Source of the DNA: Azolla caroliniana
Taxonomy: Eukaryota > Plantae > Polypodiophyta
Reading direction: 5' to 3'
Length of the DNA stretch: 64,000 bases
NCBI GenBank assembly: GCA_043228905.1
Contig: JBHGNT010000012.1
Coordinates: 20,212,001-20,276,000, forward strand
Positions 1-13,322 of this stretch are shown in pieces. The position numbers and the translations under genes were made by a program. Each line of letters begins with the position of its first letter. The first letter of the stretch is position 1. The notes under the pieces are model-generated. The model did no database searches, was not told the origin of the DNA, and was given only the letters and a program-made list of their open reading frames with translations.

Positions 1-1189
1 ATATGACCAAATACATCGAATGGAAGAGAGAGATGAAATAAGTTGAAACATTTTTCACATATATTGTTGCGCATGTTGGAACGTCAAGATCAAGAACAAA
101 CAAGATAAAGATATAATAACACTCAAGATTATTCTCAGAAACAAAATGCGTATTTTATATATTTTTATTGCACACAAATAGGCAACCCAAATTCCATTGT
201 GATATTGTAGGTAAATCAGCTTACAATACCATATTGTATGACTCATATAGTATTTACAATAGAGAGTCATACAATGTCAACATGGACTCATATCACATCA
301 ACATGGTACGTACAACATGGACTCATATAAGTTGTGTATGTATCCATGGATGCTAACTTAAACCTCAAGGATCCTATGCAATTTTAAGCCAAAGGTTATC
401 ATGCATCTGTAGGTAATGATTTATTTAGATGTCTATCAACTCTAAATATTTTTAATACATTCCTTTTTCTACCAAATTATGGGAGGAAAATGTTTTTATA
501 ATATATGTTGTTTATAAGCATACATGGATATAACCCTATATAGAGGATATTATATCATGAACATATTCTATATACCTTCTTTTATTTATTTAGCATATAA
601 ACTAGTCCGATCAATGTTGAGAAATTATGGTTTCCTTAACCCATTTATGTGATGCATCTAGAAGTTCATTACACATGACAAGGAATTTTATTGAAGTCAG
701 AAGGACGTAAACGGACAAGGGCCTTTTAAGCTTTCACCTTTGGATGACATCACAAAAAACCTCACAATTTTTATTTTTTCTATTTGGCTTTCTTTTGTCT
801 CTCATTTGGTCCTTTTATTTTTACCCTCATTTATGATGTATATAGGACACTCCAATGAGAAAGACCAATTATACTGGCATATTGTGAACCCTCCAAACCT
901 CCAAACCCAAGTAAATAAATGGCGAAATTAGGGCTTGAGCCTTAAACAACAACATTATCTTTTTTGTGCTTGTCATCTTGTAGAGTGAGAGAGAACTGTT
1001 GTACATGGTATTGTACCGACTTTGGTGAATAATGAAGCTTCCAACTCAAGAATTTTGGATTGAATTTGTGTCATCGTATTGATTCTGTAAGTATTATGTG
1101 CCATTGCCCAAATCTAGCTACTAATTGTCTTCTTTTTGGGTGTAGTATCTTTAGGTCTTTAGGATTTAGGTCAAACCTTGGGTTATCCT

Positions 1190-1212
1190 AACTCTAACAA
1201 GTGGTATCAAAG
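1190..1212 (+). mobile_element. 3' end of a degraded LTR plus tRNA-iMet primer-binding site
   Basis: ...CTAACA (ending 1199) is followed 2 nt later by TGGTATCAAAG (1202-1212), close to the canonical PBS TGGTATCAGAGC. The downstream sequence is decayed with no intact gag, and the LTR 5' boundary was not determined. Confidence 0.45.
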
Positions 1213-3328
1213 TGATAGGATTGTCTTCAAGTGGATAAGAAGGAAGATCATTGGCAAACTTGACAATGATCTCAAGGAGGTTGTGCAAAAAGGCCACAAG
1301 AGAAGAAGAGGACAAACACGTGATTAAATCAACCGTGGAGAAAAATGGATGAGTTTAGATGAGGTAGGAACTTAATCACTAGAATATATTTTCCATATTG
1401 TCAATGTTGTCGCACAAGTCAACAAGTGGGTCATCACACACAAGAAGATTCCCAAGGGGATGTCATGACCCCATGAAGAGGAGGCTCAAATGTCAAGAAG
1501 TTTATCGACAAAAACTTCAGTACCTTATAGATGAATCAATGTACAATATTGTGATGTAGTGTGCGTGAGGCATGTGATAAATGTGAATAGTCCACATACT
1601 TTTTTGATGAAGCTAGGGCCCATGCCCGTGGGTGTTGGACAAGTGCAAACAAAAGAATAAAAGAAGTGATGCATGTTAAGAAGAGATGTTAATATTTGCT
1701 TGACAAGTGTCCCTCCATCAGTTGCCTCTATGTCAATATGTAGATTATTATACTTTACACCTAAAACGAAGACACATACACACTTGTGTCACCCCTCCCC
1801 CTTTCTTTACCTTTACTTTATCTTGTGGTACCCCTTCACCGATACCTTTTTAACACTTCAACTTTTGGCATATAATCATTGTGTGTAAGTCATGATGAGA
1901 TGAAAGGACTATGAGAGAGCTCTTCATTACAAAATCATCGCTTGTAAGGAGTATTATATCAAAATCCCTTAGTACTCTAAAACTATATATGTTATAGATT
2001 TTCAAGTACCTAAGTAACTGAAGATGTCCTAGTTAGGCCACAACTCAGTCAAAAAAATCACACATGTCCAATGAGACCTTATTTGATGTATTGTGGCCCA
2101 ACAAACTGCAATCACTTTTGGAATTCCAATCCCTCCATTTGGCCACATTTTTTGCTCATTGGATACAACATGTCATTCACACGCAGTAAGTATTTTTACA
2201 ATAATGATGCAAACCAGCACATCACCACCTTTACAATATGGCAAGAACACCATGTACCACACTAACTAAACATGGTAGAAGCTAACAAGTCCAAAGTCAT
2301 TGACTTTGGGCTTTCTCTCAACAAAACGGCTAGATGGTAAAATTGTTTTCATCCAAGCCATACCATGACGCTTGATTATGTATTCTTGAGCTTCTCGAAG
2401 CCATGCAATATTTGGTCTACAACATTATCCAACTTTGTCTTAGTTCTCACTTCATTTTGACCAACTATAATGGTGCCTTCTAGTTTCATGCTTGCACAAT
2501 GATGAACTCAATTGCATGTTTCTTGGTACCATCAACGAACCACTTGGAACTATCTTGATAATGCTTGACATCTCCTATTCAATGTACAACAACATAGTTG
2601 ATCGAGTCCTAGACATGAACCACTTTCTACAATCACAAGCTAGGGCAATATTCCTAAGAGTCATATAGATGTAGCTAAGAAAAACGGTCCAGTACATGAA
2701 TTACCTCACCCTAGCCACTTGACTATAGACTGCCCACTAAACATTCAACCAATCAATACATTGGAGATTATTTTACCCATAAGAAACTCACTCAATAGAC
2801 CTCTTATAAACATTTCCTTAAGCACAACCCAAAATGTGAACAACTATCCAAATTCCTCAAGGAGCAATGGTCATACACCACTCATAGTCGCAACTTGGAC
2901 CTCAATAACTAATAACCATTCTATGTATCTGGGGATTATGACGACAACCAACATAGCCATTAACATTATCTACATGACAAATGCCAAGACTCACATGTTG
3001 CATATGACTGTGTAGACAACCACTCTAAAATATGCAACGTATGACTAGAACTTGACTCACGTGGAGTATCATTCCAATTGGCAGGATTATTAGTATGCAA
3101 GTGACACATTTCATGACCTTTAACAAGATTATCACAATAGTTTTGACTAAAATATGTGGTTCAATAGACGTTGAGACCATAACTAGCCCTCTCACCATGA
3201 TCCACCCTACATATAGATCAGACCCCTAGCACAATATAATCTCCATGACATCAAGATTGTTCCCACCCCGTTTTTTGTCAAGCAACCTCATGAACCCTAA
3301 TCCAAAGGTTGGTCCCACCCATTGTTGT

Positions 3329-3800
3329 AGAATACTTAGCATACAATATGTGTAGAGTATGTATACTAAGTATTCTACCTTTTTTAAAAAAATACTTAGA
3401 ATATATATTGTATAGATAAAATATGTTTAAAAGGTTAAATACGTAGAATACATGTAAAATATGTTGAATACTTCTTAAATTTTAAACTGTTTTTTAAAAA
3501 GCAAATAATACAATACGTGTAGAATGCGTACATACTAAGTATTCTACCTTTTTTTTTTAAATACTTAGAATACGTATTGTACATATAAAATACATTAAAT
3601 AGGCTAAGTACGTACAATACATGTAGAATACTTTAAATGCATAAAATATGTGTAAAATACTTTGAATACTTCTTTACAGTTTTTTTACAGTAATTTTTAC
3701 AATTTTTTTAACTTTTTGGAAACATTAAGTGCTGGTTAAATACGTAGAAATTTAGAATATGTGAAATAAATGGCAATTCTAAAACATAGAATATGTGTAG
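3329..3800. repeat. AT-rich degenerate tandem repeat
   Basis: ATACTAAGTATTCTACCTTTTTT..AAATACTTAGAATA occurs near 3363 and 3532, with many AATAC/TAGAATA sub-repeats. Confidence 0.7.
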
Positions 3801-4486
3801 CATACTTTCAGTCATATTTACCTAAAACTCAACATCAACCTAATTTAGTTCTAGACTTGTGTTTCGTGTTTGTGGCATCATAGCAGTCAAGACTCGAGGA
3901 GTGCATGATGATACTAATGTTAAAAGCAAGGTATGTTGCAACTTGCAACTAGTGTCATGTGCGAGCATGCAGTATCTCTTTCTCGTCTAGTTGTTGACAT
4001 GGGTGTGACATATTGTCAAAGTGACAATTGTGATACAAACATGATTATTAAATCAATATTTTCTTCAATATTTGTACATATGAATTAATTCTATGCCTAT
4101 CATTACATGACAACATTGTGCATATTTGAATTATGATACAATCCCTAATACCTTCGAAAAGGAGAAAATTGAGCAAATAACCTTCTCAATGTTAGGTAAA
4201 AATGTGACAAAATCTAGCAAATTTTAGAAATGTGATCCTGGATCTTGTGAGTAATCAAACATTATAAGAGATAGTGAGGACTATCTTTAAATTAATTTGT
4301 GCAAAGAAACAATTGCCTATTACTAGAGCAAACTCTCTAGAGTTTATTCATTGTATGTGTATGTAGATCAAACCTTTTCACAATGGGGGATATATAAATA
4401 GTGTAATAAACTATTGAACAATCATGGCCGGTTTTCTTATGGAACATTTTGTGAATGTGTAATGAGATCAAAGCTAAGTGTATTTG

Positions 4487-5008
4487 CTAAAGAGAACGGA
4501 AAGAAGAAACATGGATAAACATGGTTTTGAAAACATCATAAACATGATATTGATCGCCTTGTGACACGTGGATTCTTAAGCGCGGAAAGTTGTTCAAAAT
4601 GTAAAGGATTATTATGTTCCCTCAAGGATTTCAAAAAAAGTCTTGATCTGCAACCTTGCAAAAGTTCTGTGGAAACCCTGGGAAGCACGAGAAGAACCAA
4701 ATTATTATATAATTGCAATTTCTTGGATTCGGATATAAGGGAAGATGCTAAAGAGAACGGAAAGAAGAAACATGGATAAGCATGGTTTTGAAAACATCGT
4801 AAGCATGATATTGATTGCCTTGTGACACGTGGATTCTTAAGCAAGGAAAGTTGTTCAAAATATAAAGGATTATTATGTTCCCTCAAGGATTCAAGAAAAG
4901 TCTTGATCTGCAGCCTTGCAAAAGTTTGGTGGAGGCCCTGGGATGCACAAGAAGAACCAAATTATTATGTACTTGCAATTTCTTGGATTCGGATATAAGG
5001 GAAGATGC
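4487..5008. repeat. ~261-bp tandem duplication (2 copies)
   Basis: GCTAAAGAGAACGGAAAGAAGAAACATGGATAA starts at ~4487 and ~4747. The copies stay collinear through TTCTTGGATTCGGATATAAGGGAAGATGC. Confidence 0.9.
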
Positions 5009-5269
5009 ATGTCTTGTTCCTATGGAGTATATAATTTTAGGGTTTTTCATTAGCACTATTTGTGTTAAGGATGCTATTGATTTAATGAATTGGAAAAATG
5101 ATTAATTTCATAAAACAAGGAAACACAAAAGAGTTTACTATTGTGAACATGTCTTTTTTCATGTGGATTGTGTGTGGTGCTTTTAGGAAATCCTTTAGAA
5201 TATGTATAAACACTTATATCATCGAAGACATTTGCGTTCAGTGCCAACAACTCTAAAATAAAGGTTATG

Positions 5270-6330
5270 CATGAGAAAACTCAAAACAATGTATTATGCA
5301 TGTATATAACAATGAACCACCTAAAACTATAGAATACTTCAAATATCTTGGTGTTCGAGTTCCATACAATCATAAACAGAAGGTATGCGCTATGTCTCGT
5401 CGCTAGGAAGTGAGAAAAAGGGCCTTACTTTGCATTTGGGAACATGTGCAATGGAGGAGAAATCAATTCTTAGGCTTTCAAGAAATACCTCTTTGACACT
5501 TTGTGAACCTCAATGCTTCTCTATTGGTTTGAACTTTGAAGTATGGGGTGGGAATTTTGAAATGTCCAAAAGTGTTTTCTTATGAGCTTTCTTCAAGTCT
5601 AGATATAAAAGCCTCAGATGATTCCACTTCTCAACATTGGATCACTTCCATGGAGATCATGGGAATGGAAAGGATTGTGGGCCATAAACGCTTAAGATTT
5701 TTAAAAGAACTTCAAATTTGTGACTTCCTAGATTTTGCATGGGAATCAAACAAAAAAGTTCAGAACCTAAATAAAATTTTGAGTTCCAAATGAATGGTTT
5801 GGATGATGGGATGCATTAGACTTGCTTCATGATTTATTGTATCATGGCTTGGCAGAAAAACGGAGGTTTGCATTTCCCACATTATACTAATATGTTTGTT
5901 GCCTCAAACGACAACACTATCTTCTTCTCCGATAGGCAAATCGCCCTCGCCCATGCATGCTAGAGCCCATCTGCATGTGTGGCCACATCCACACTATCTA
6001 AGCCCACATTGTCTTCAATGGGTTTGGGATGGTGGAACATATCATATATGGGAGGGAGAGACTCATCAACTAAGCATATTTTGCCCCAAACAAGTTCATG
6101 AGCCTTAAGTATCACATTCATATTACCGTTCCCCATATTTTAATTGAGCTTGACCCATCCTTACGCATATTTCTCTCTCGATCACAATGTTAATTGGTAA
6201 AATTCTTCAACATCGAGATTTACTTACCAACTCTATACAGATTATGTGAAAAGCTATTATTTTAGTGCCATACGTCATTTTCGAGGTTGATAATAAAATG
6301 TATATAAATTTTTTGTACACATCAAGAGGT
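5270..6330 (+). mobile_element. degraded LINE (RT C-terminal/3' part)
   Basis: Translation includes KTKTM...IEYFKYLGV (the RT 'YKYLG' thumb motif), followed by frameshifted sequence resembling the LINE at 31796-32200. Many stop codons. Confidence 0.5.
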
Positions 6331-6359
6331 TCAAACTCTTGGAAAATTTTGTAGCCTCA

Positions 6360-6404
<45 letters not shown>

Positions 6405-8454
6405 TCCATCCTAAAAGAAACCAGTTTATTTACACGAGGCTCTTAGATGTAATGATCAAGCTACCGCAATGAATACTTGTCCATAAGCTTAGGGAAAACG
6501 TCTCTAAAGGAAAATTGAATTGCTTTGAGCTTATGTATTCAATGATTGCAGTACCCTAGTCCATATTAAGAGGAAGTGTCTCCTTTTTTGGGTACAAACC
6601 ATTATTTTCTAGTTGAGTATTTTTAAGTGTTATCCACAAGTGTTAGAGATGTGGGCATTGAAAAAGAATTTTGTGTGTTCAATTTAATAGAGTCGAGAAC
6701 CCAATACCCAATACCCAATATCATATTCACACTTTCATCGGGAATTCTTTTGATGCATGAGATGTTGATGACGAGGCCTACAAACAATACTTGAGTTAAA
6801 AAATAGCTAGTCCCCTTGATACCCACCATGATATATGTTTTGTTTTTTACATATATGGTGGAATGTGGGGTGTTCCAAAAGAAGGTTTGGTTAAATAAAA
6901 GGCCCTTTTTTAAAGGAAAAGATGACTATTCTTTATATAGTTTTACATTGAAAAGGTCAAATGTATCCCTTCTCAAAGCTATTAAAAAGTATACTTCCTT
7001 AGCTTATGGAAGGCTAAATTATTTCGATATAGAGTTTTCATCCCCAAAGCCCTATATCTTGTCATTATAACAATTATAAAAGGTAAGGTTGACATGAGTT
7101 CACAATCCAAAACTAATATGGAAGTTAGTTTCCTTAATTTCATGGAAACCATAAGCCAAAGCTAATATGGAAGTTAAGGTCTCCTTACTCCTTAGTTCAT
7201 GGAAAACATAACAAATGCTCACAATTATTTGAGGATATGTAAAATGAACTTGTTTTGGGTTAAGCAATTCAAATTCCAAAAATACCCATTCTGAATACAA
7301 CATATAACATGGTTACATGTGCGATGCTAAGAAACCTTGCATAGTTAGACATTGTCGATATCACATTCGTCTTTTTGTTATACACAACATTAATTCCTAG
7401 CAAAACACGTGAGAGTCACCAATGCAACAACTTGTGTGGTCGACACATGTCCGAAGGGAGTGAAGCTTGGAAGACATCTTCATTTTAATATTGAATATGT
7501 TCCATTTTAACATAGCTCCCAAAATCTTCTGTACATTGTGTTAGACTTTACCATCTTCAAAGTATTTGGAACAATGGACCACCTCTTGACACCTTCATGA
7601 AACGATCTATGTTCATCCAGTTCTAACCCGTGTTTGATCTATATCTTTGACATAAAAGAAGAGATTTAAATGTCCAAGGAAAGGCATGTCATTGATTTGA
7701 ATTGAGTTCTCTAATAATCAAATGCTGGAGTGCTCTGTCGAACGATAATGTTAGCACATGGTGTCACCATGCAATGCAATAATTGACCGAAGAAAATTGG
7801 ATTTCATTGGCCTATCCACAAAACTTGAAATAATAATAAAAGTCGACAAAACAAGATTTTCGATCTTATCGCTTTTTTTTTTCGGTGCGTTTTTTTTCCA
7901 AAGTATCAAAAATACATTGGTGGTCCCACTTCCTTGCCTCCTCCAATATTTTGCTCTGTGCAAAAGTAAAGAAGAAGGGCCAAGAAGAGTACACATCAAC
8001 CTCTATTTTCATTTACAAAAAGAAAAAGGAAGAAGGAAAACCGAAAGAAAACTCGCTCCAAAGTGTCAGCATATGTATATGCATGGCATCCTGGGGTGAA
8101 ATGAGGGATGACCCCGTGGCCTACTTCGGAGAGAAGGGAAGTGTCTTGAAGTCATCTCAAAAACTAGCCTATATTAGTATATATATGTATATTTCTCCTA
8201 CTACATCTTGGAAGTCGCACTCTTCTTCGAGTTTTTCAAACTTGAGCTCATCCAAGAGAAACCACCAATCCACGTAGAGAATCAATCGCGGAGAACTGGG
8301 CTTTCCTCGTCCAACAAAAATCATCGGTTCGACAAAAAAAACCCAACGAAAAAAAAAGATGAAAAACCCAGCACGTGAGCGAAGTTCCGAGCTCTGCGGG
8401 GAAAACTCCTTATGAGGCATGTGGCAGGATTTACTCTAGACACAATTGTAAGAC

Positions 8455-9415
8455 TTAATCCGCGAACCCCATTTGGCTCCACACGGCATTGCGTACACGG
8501 CTCAAATCTCGACCTTTTAGTGTCCGCCCTAACCCTTCGCAAACCGAAAAGCTAGTCCTTTGGCTCCTAGCATACTCTTGGGCAAGGAACTCATGCGGTG
8601 GAAGTCGCTCATCATGAACTTTGTCCTCGTCTTCTTCTTCGTCCTTGTAATGGGCATCCTCCACGCGGCAATTCATCTTACCTCTCGCTTGCACTACACC
8701 CATTCATTACAAGTCCAAAGATTGTTATAGTCAATATGACCATGTTCATGGAGATGTGTGTGTGTGTGATATGCTAAACATGGAAAGCCCATGCCAAAGT
8801 CATAGCTATAGAAGAAATGGTAGAACAAAAGGTGAAATGTATGTGACTCTATCTATAGATATACAACATAGCTATAGACATGAGAAAAACATTCATGCAC
8901 ATGAGGCTATGGCATACACATACATATCCATAGATAAAATATCATGGCATAAGAAAGGTTATATGCCATGTATGTGATGCCATCCCACGTTGTGTATGCA
9001 TAGATGCCATAACCAAGCTTATGAATGTGATGATGCCACATATCATGCTTATCGATGTATGTACACATACATATATAGAAATTGTAAAAGGCCCATCATG
9101 TATGTGATGCATTTATGCCATGCCATGCCAAGCTTACGAATGCGATGATGATGATGCCACAGATCATGCTATCAATGAATGTACACATACATATATAGAC
9201 ATTGTAAAAGGCCCATCATGTATGTGACGCATTTATGCCATGCCATGCCAAGCTTATGAATGCGATGATGATGCCGCAGATCATGCTATCGATGAATGTA
9301 CACATACATATGTAGACACTGTAAAGGGCCATCATGTACGTGATGCATCTATGCCATGCCATGCTATGGTGATGGCATGACAAAGGGTTATGCCATATAC
9401 ATACTGATACATACA

Positions 9416-9446
<31 letters not shown>

Positions 9447-10292
9447 GTATATACACCAAGAAGGCTGATTGTGGTAATATGGTGGTAGTGATGATGATGA
9501 TGAGGGCATGATATGATGTATATAGAAATGTAGAGCATAATACTAACCCACAATTGTGGACCAATGTGGGATTTGAACCGGTGCGGATTGCCGCCTGGGC
9601 CTGAGCCTGGGGCCGGCTTCGGAAGGCAGTGGTACCGCCCTGTTGTCACGCAGAGGTATGATCCAATTCTTCGATGATGATGATGATGATGATGATGGCA
9701 GGGTACCACGCAGAGGATTATCATGATGTCCCATATTTTGTGATGCCTCCTCTGCTTGTGCTGCCATAGCTGTCCTTCTTCTCGGTGACGACAACGACGA
9801 CGATGATGATGATGATGATGATGTGGTGCAAATGAGCTTCATCTCCGTGGACTGATGATAGGGGGGATGAGCCTTTGATGAGCTCCTTGGAAGAGATGAA
9901 TGGGCAGTCATGATGATGGCATGGCAGGAAGAGGAGGAGGAGGCAGCAGTAGAATAATCAGATGCCCATAGCACATCCTCCTCTTGGAATTCATCCACCA
10001 AAGACGACAATTCCTGGGTATTATTGTTGGTAGTAGTAGGAGTAGGAGGAGGAGGAGGAGGAGGAGGAGGAGGAGGGGTATTCCTGGGGACAGAGGCAGA
10101 GGCAGAGGAGATGATGCCAAGGAGCATAGCGTTGGCAGTGGTGATGGAGCCTGCAGCGGCCATGAGCTGCTGCTGCTGCTGCTGCTTCTGGTCGCGGAGG
10201 ATGAGGATGCCGCCCACGCCCCCAGATGCTGCCGATGAAGGAGATGATGTGAAGGCATCCGACGACCGCAGAGTTCCGAGCTGGGCAGCCAT
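8455..10292 (-). CDS. Senescence regulator S40 / DUF584 family protein, 2 exons (10292-9548, 8693-8455), ~327 aa
   Basis: Exon 1 has EFQEEDVLW and [13 protein letters not shown]. Exon 2 has the DUF584 signature [50 protein letters not shown]|GTTAGT donor (9547) and TGTAG| acceptor (8694) join in frame (984 nt). Confidence 0.92.
8960..9345. repeat. ~118-bp tandem repeat (about 3 copies) inside the S40 intron
   Basis: CATGTATGTGATGCATTTATGCCATGCCATGCCAAGCTTA...GATCATGCTATC...TGTAAAAGGCCCAT is repeated near 8968, 9097 and 9217. Confidence 0.85.
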
Positions 10293-10339
10293 ATCCTCCT
10301 CTTGGAATCAATGAATTTACAGTCTAAGTCTATATGCCT

Positions 10340-10381
10340 CCTGCCTCTGTGTGTCTCTCTGTCTGTCTGTCTGTCTGTTTC

Positions 10382-10424
<43 letters not shown>

Positions 10425-10456
10425 AACAGAGCAGAGCAGGGGAATGCAGGAGCAGG

Positions 10457-10489
<33 letters not shown>

Positions 10490-10558
10490 CAATTCAGATA
10501 CATACATATTAGAAGGGGTTCCAATTCAGAGAGGGAGAGAATAGAGAGAGAAAGGGAG

Positions 10559-10603
<45 letters not shown>

Positions 10604-10805
10604 TATGCTGTTTTGGGATCCCTCTGAGAATATGCTGTTTTTTATCCCCTTTTAGATGGATGGATGGATGTAATCATGTATGTATGTATGTATGTATATA
10701 TTTGAATGTATGTATGTATGTATGTATGTATGTATGTATGTATGTATGTATATATGTTATGTATGTGTGTATGTATGTATGTATGTAATAATGTATGTAT
10801 ATGAA

Positions 10806-10839
<34 letters not shown>

Positions 10840-11057
10840 ATGTAGGTATGTATGTATGTGCGTGCATGTGTATGTATGTATTTATGTAATATACGTATGT
10901 TATGTATGTATGTATGTATTTATGTAATATACGTATGTTATGTATGTATGCATGTATGCATGTAATATATGTATGTTATGTATGTATGTATGTATGTATG
11001 TATGTATGTATGTATGTGTGTCTGTGTGTCTGTGTGTCTGTGTGTCTGTGTATGTTA

Positions 11058-11094
<37 letters not shown>

Positions 11095-11190
11095 GGTATG
11101 CAATGTATGTGTGTGTGTATGTATGCATTTATGTAATATAGGTATGTTATGTATGTATGCTATGTGTGTATGTATATGTAGCATACATGA
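10340..11190. repeat. compound microsatellite block (CT/GA, GT, TATG) upstream of S40
   Basis: Long (GA)n, (GT)n and (TATG)n arrays are directly visible. Confidence 0.95.
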
Positions 11191-11877
11191 ACACACTCAG
11201 GAGGAGGAATGGAGTGATTTTTTTTTGTTTTTTTTTTAAAGATATCCACTCAAAGAATGGAGTCATTTTGAGTGTGTATATATAGAGAGAGCCTCTTTTC
11301 TTCTCATCCATTAATGCAATGTATATTTCCACGCACACAATACAGCTTCACATTTTCTATAAGCCAATCGTGTACATACATACTATCAACTCCCCAATAT
11401 CCCCTTGTCATGTCTTCTGGTTTGGTTTCTTCTTTGTGATTCGGTTTATGTATACATACATATTCCCATTTGGGGTGGGGTGGGAGGGGTCTTTGGAGTG
11501 CTAGGATGAAAGGAAATACTTGATGCCCTTTTGTTGTTGTGATGGTCATGACTTGCCTCTATGAAGAACTTTTCACCTAGGATATCCCTTCCCCCCTAGG
11601 ATCTATTTGTTTACTATGTTTTGCACTTAACAAAATAAACAAAGAACTAGAGAGATAGAGAGAGAGGCCCAAAGGCTTGTAGTTCGGTTTGCAAGGTTGT
11701 CCCGGAACGAAAAGTCCATGCATTCAACAACTACATTCTGATGTGGCATCTAGTAAATGAGTGCATAAAGTGAGATTTGAATACGAGTGCATAAAGTCGA
11801 TGATAAATTTGGGTTACCACTAAGGTATACATATCCTTAATACAAGAGATAGGCATATCTTTTTTACATCCATAGGG

Positions 11878-11942
<65 letters not shown>

Positions 11943-13285
11943 TATTATGTGGAATTTATTTTTTCACGGTTTTAAAATATTTCCGACATCTTCAACCCTT
12001 GAATACTCCATAATAGGTATGACATCTTGTGTGGATATGTTAGATCAATGCTCTATTTTTAATGACAATGTAGTAGAAACTTTGACAACATTCTAATGAT
12101 ATGTATTTGTCGGTTTGCATTACGATGACAATAGTTGGTCACAATACTGGTCTCTTAACGTCCCTTCCCTACTCCTTCAAACAACTGTGCATTAATGAAA
12201 TGTGTGTCCAATGATAAAGGGTCTCCTACCGAGGATCAATATAAGAAAATCGGTTTCACAAGTTTAGTCACCCGTATTCCATAACTCTAGGGAGATAAAT
12301 ATGGTAATTTTGCAAAGACCGATTCTTCTAACATAATCCATGGTAAAGTCCCATCCTAATGATAGGGACATGCACCCTATGTATATAACACACATCAACC
12401 TAGTATGGTACATATGCTTAGCTTCTAATTTAATGTCATCTAGTTTGCTCCGTCCTTCCACATTTATTTATAGTGTTCTCTTTTAATGTATCAAGTGCAA
12501 ACACATGGATAGAATAATGTGAATGTACCTATCGGTTTTGTAAATAGGTTTCCCACTAGGAGCCTTGTTTCTTTTCAAATCCATGAACCATAATTAACCA
12601 TTCAAATCTATAATTTGGTGTTTGAGTTTTAAATCATGGTTCATGCGTCACATGAACCATCCTCTGGGTAACATTGCATTTTCTTTCTATTGTAAGTGAT
12701 ATATGATGCTATAGGTAACTTTACATTTTTCTTTTGATCATGGTTGCCTAACTATATCCAATCACATTAACTATCTCGTGTTCATGTACATTGCGTACAC
12801 TTATCTCATAGATTCATGTATGCAAGATACATTAATGTAGTGTACTCACCTATGTAGTACTCTCATTATCACTTCAAAAAATGTCACTCTCTATTCATTG
12901 AGTACTCCTGCATAGAATAATGTCTTTATCATGAAATTATATACACACATGCACATGCATTTTATTAGCATATACATACATACATACATACATACATACA
13001 TACATGTAATTTGAAGTTCTTTGAACTATTTTCTCACAAATGCACGTTGTAATTTCACAAAACAAAAATTCTTATGAATATTGAAGGAAAACATTTTAGG
13101 CAATATGAATCCACGTACACCTCCCAAATTGTTGAGGTAACACAATATTTGTTTGTTGTGTGTATATAGAGACACACATATAGATACATATATTAGAGAG
13201 TAATAGCACTACAAATTTAAGAATTTTAAGAATGGTTCATGTAGAGGTGTTATGTATTATTTAGTGTCCTCTTAGAAATACATAT

Positions 13286-13322
<37 letters not shown>

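Noticed and set aside
1900-3300. Possible ancient retroelement coding remnant
   Set aside because: It is too decayed to identify diagnostic motifs by eye.
4536-5105. ORFs with internally repeated peptides
   Set aside because: They are explained by the 261-bp tandem duplication, and no recognisable domain is present.
9216-11196. Many overlapping ORFs (polyH, polyR, polyL, CMYV and HTHT repeats)
   Set aside because: They are by-products of di-, tri- and tetranucleotide microsatellites. Only the frame carrying S40 motifs is supported.
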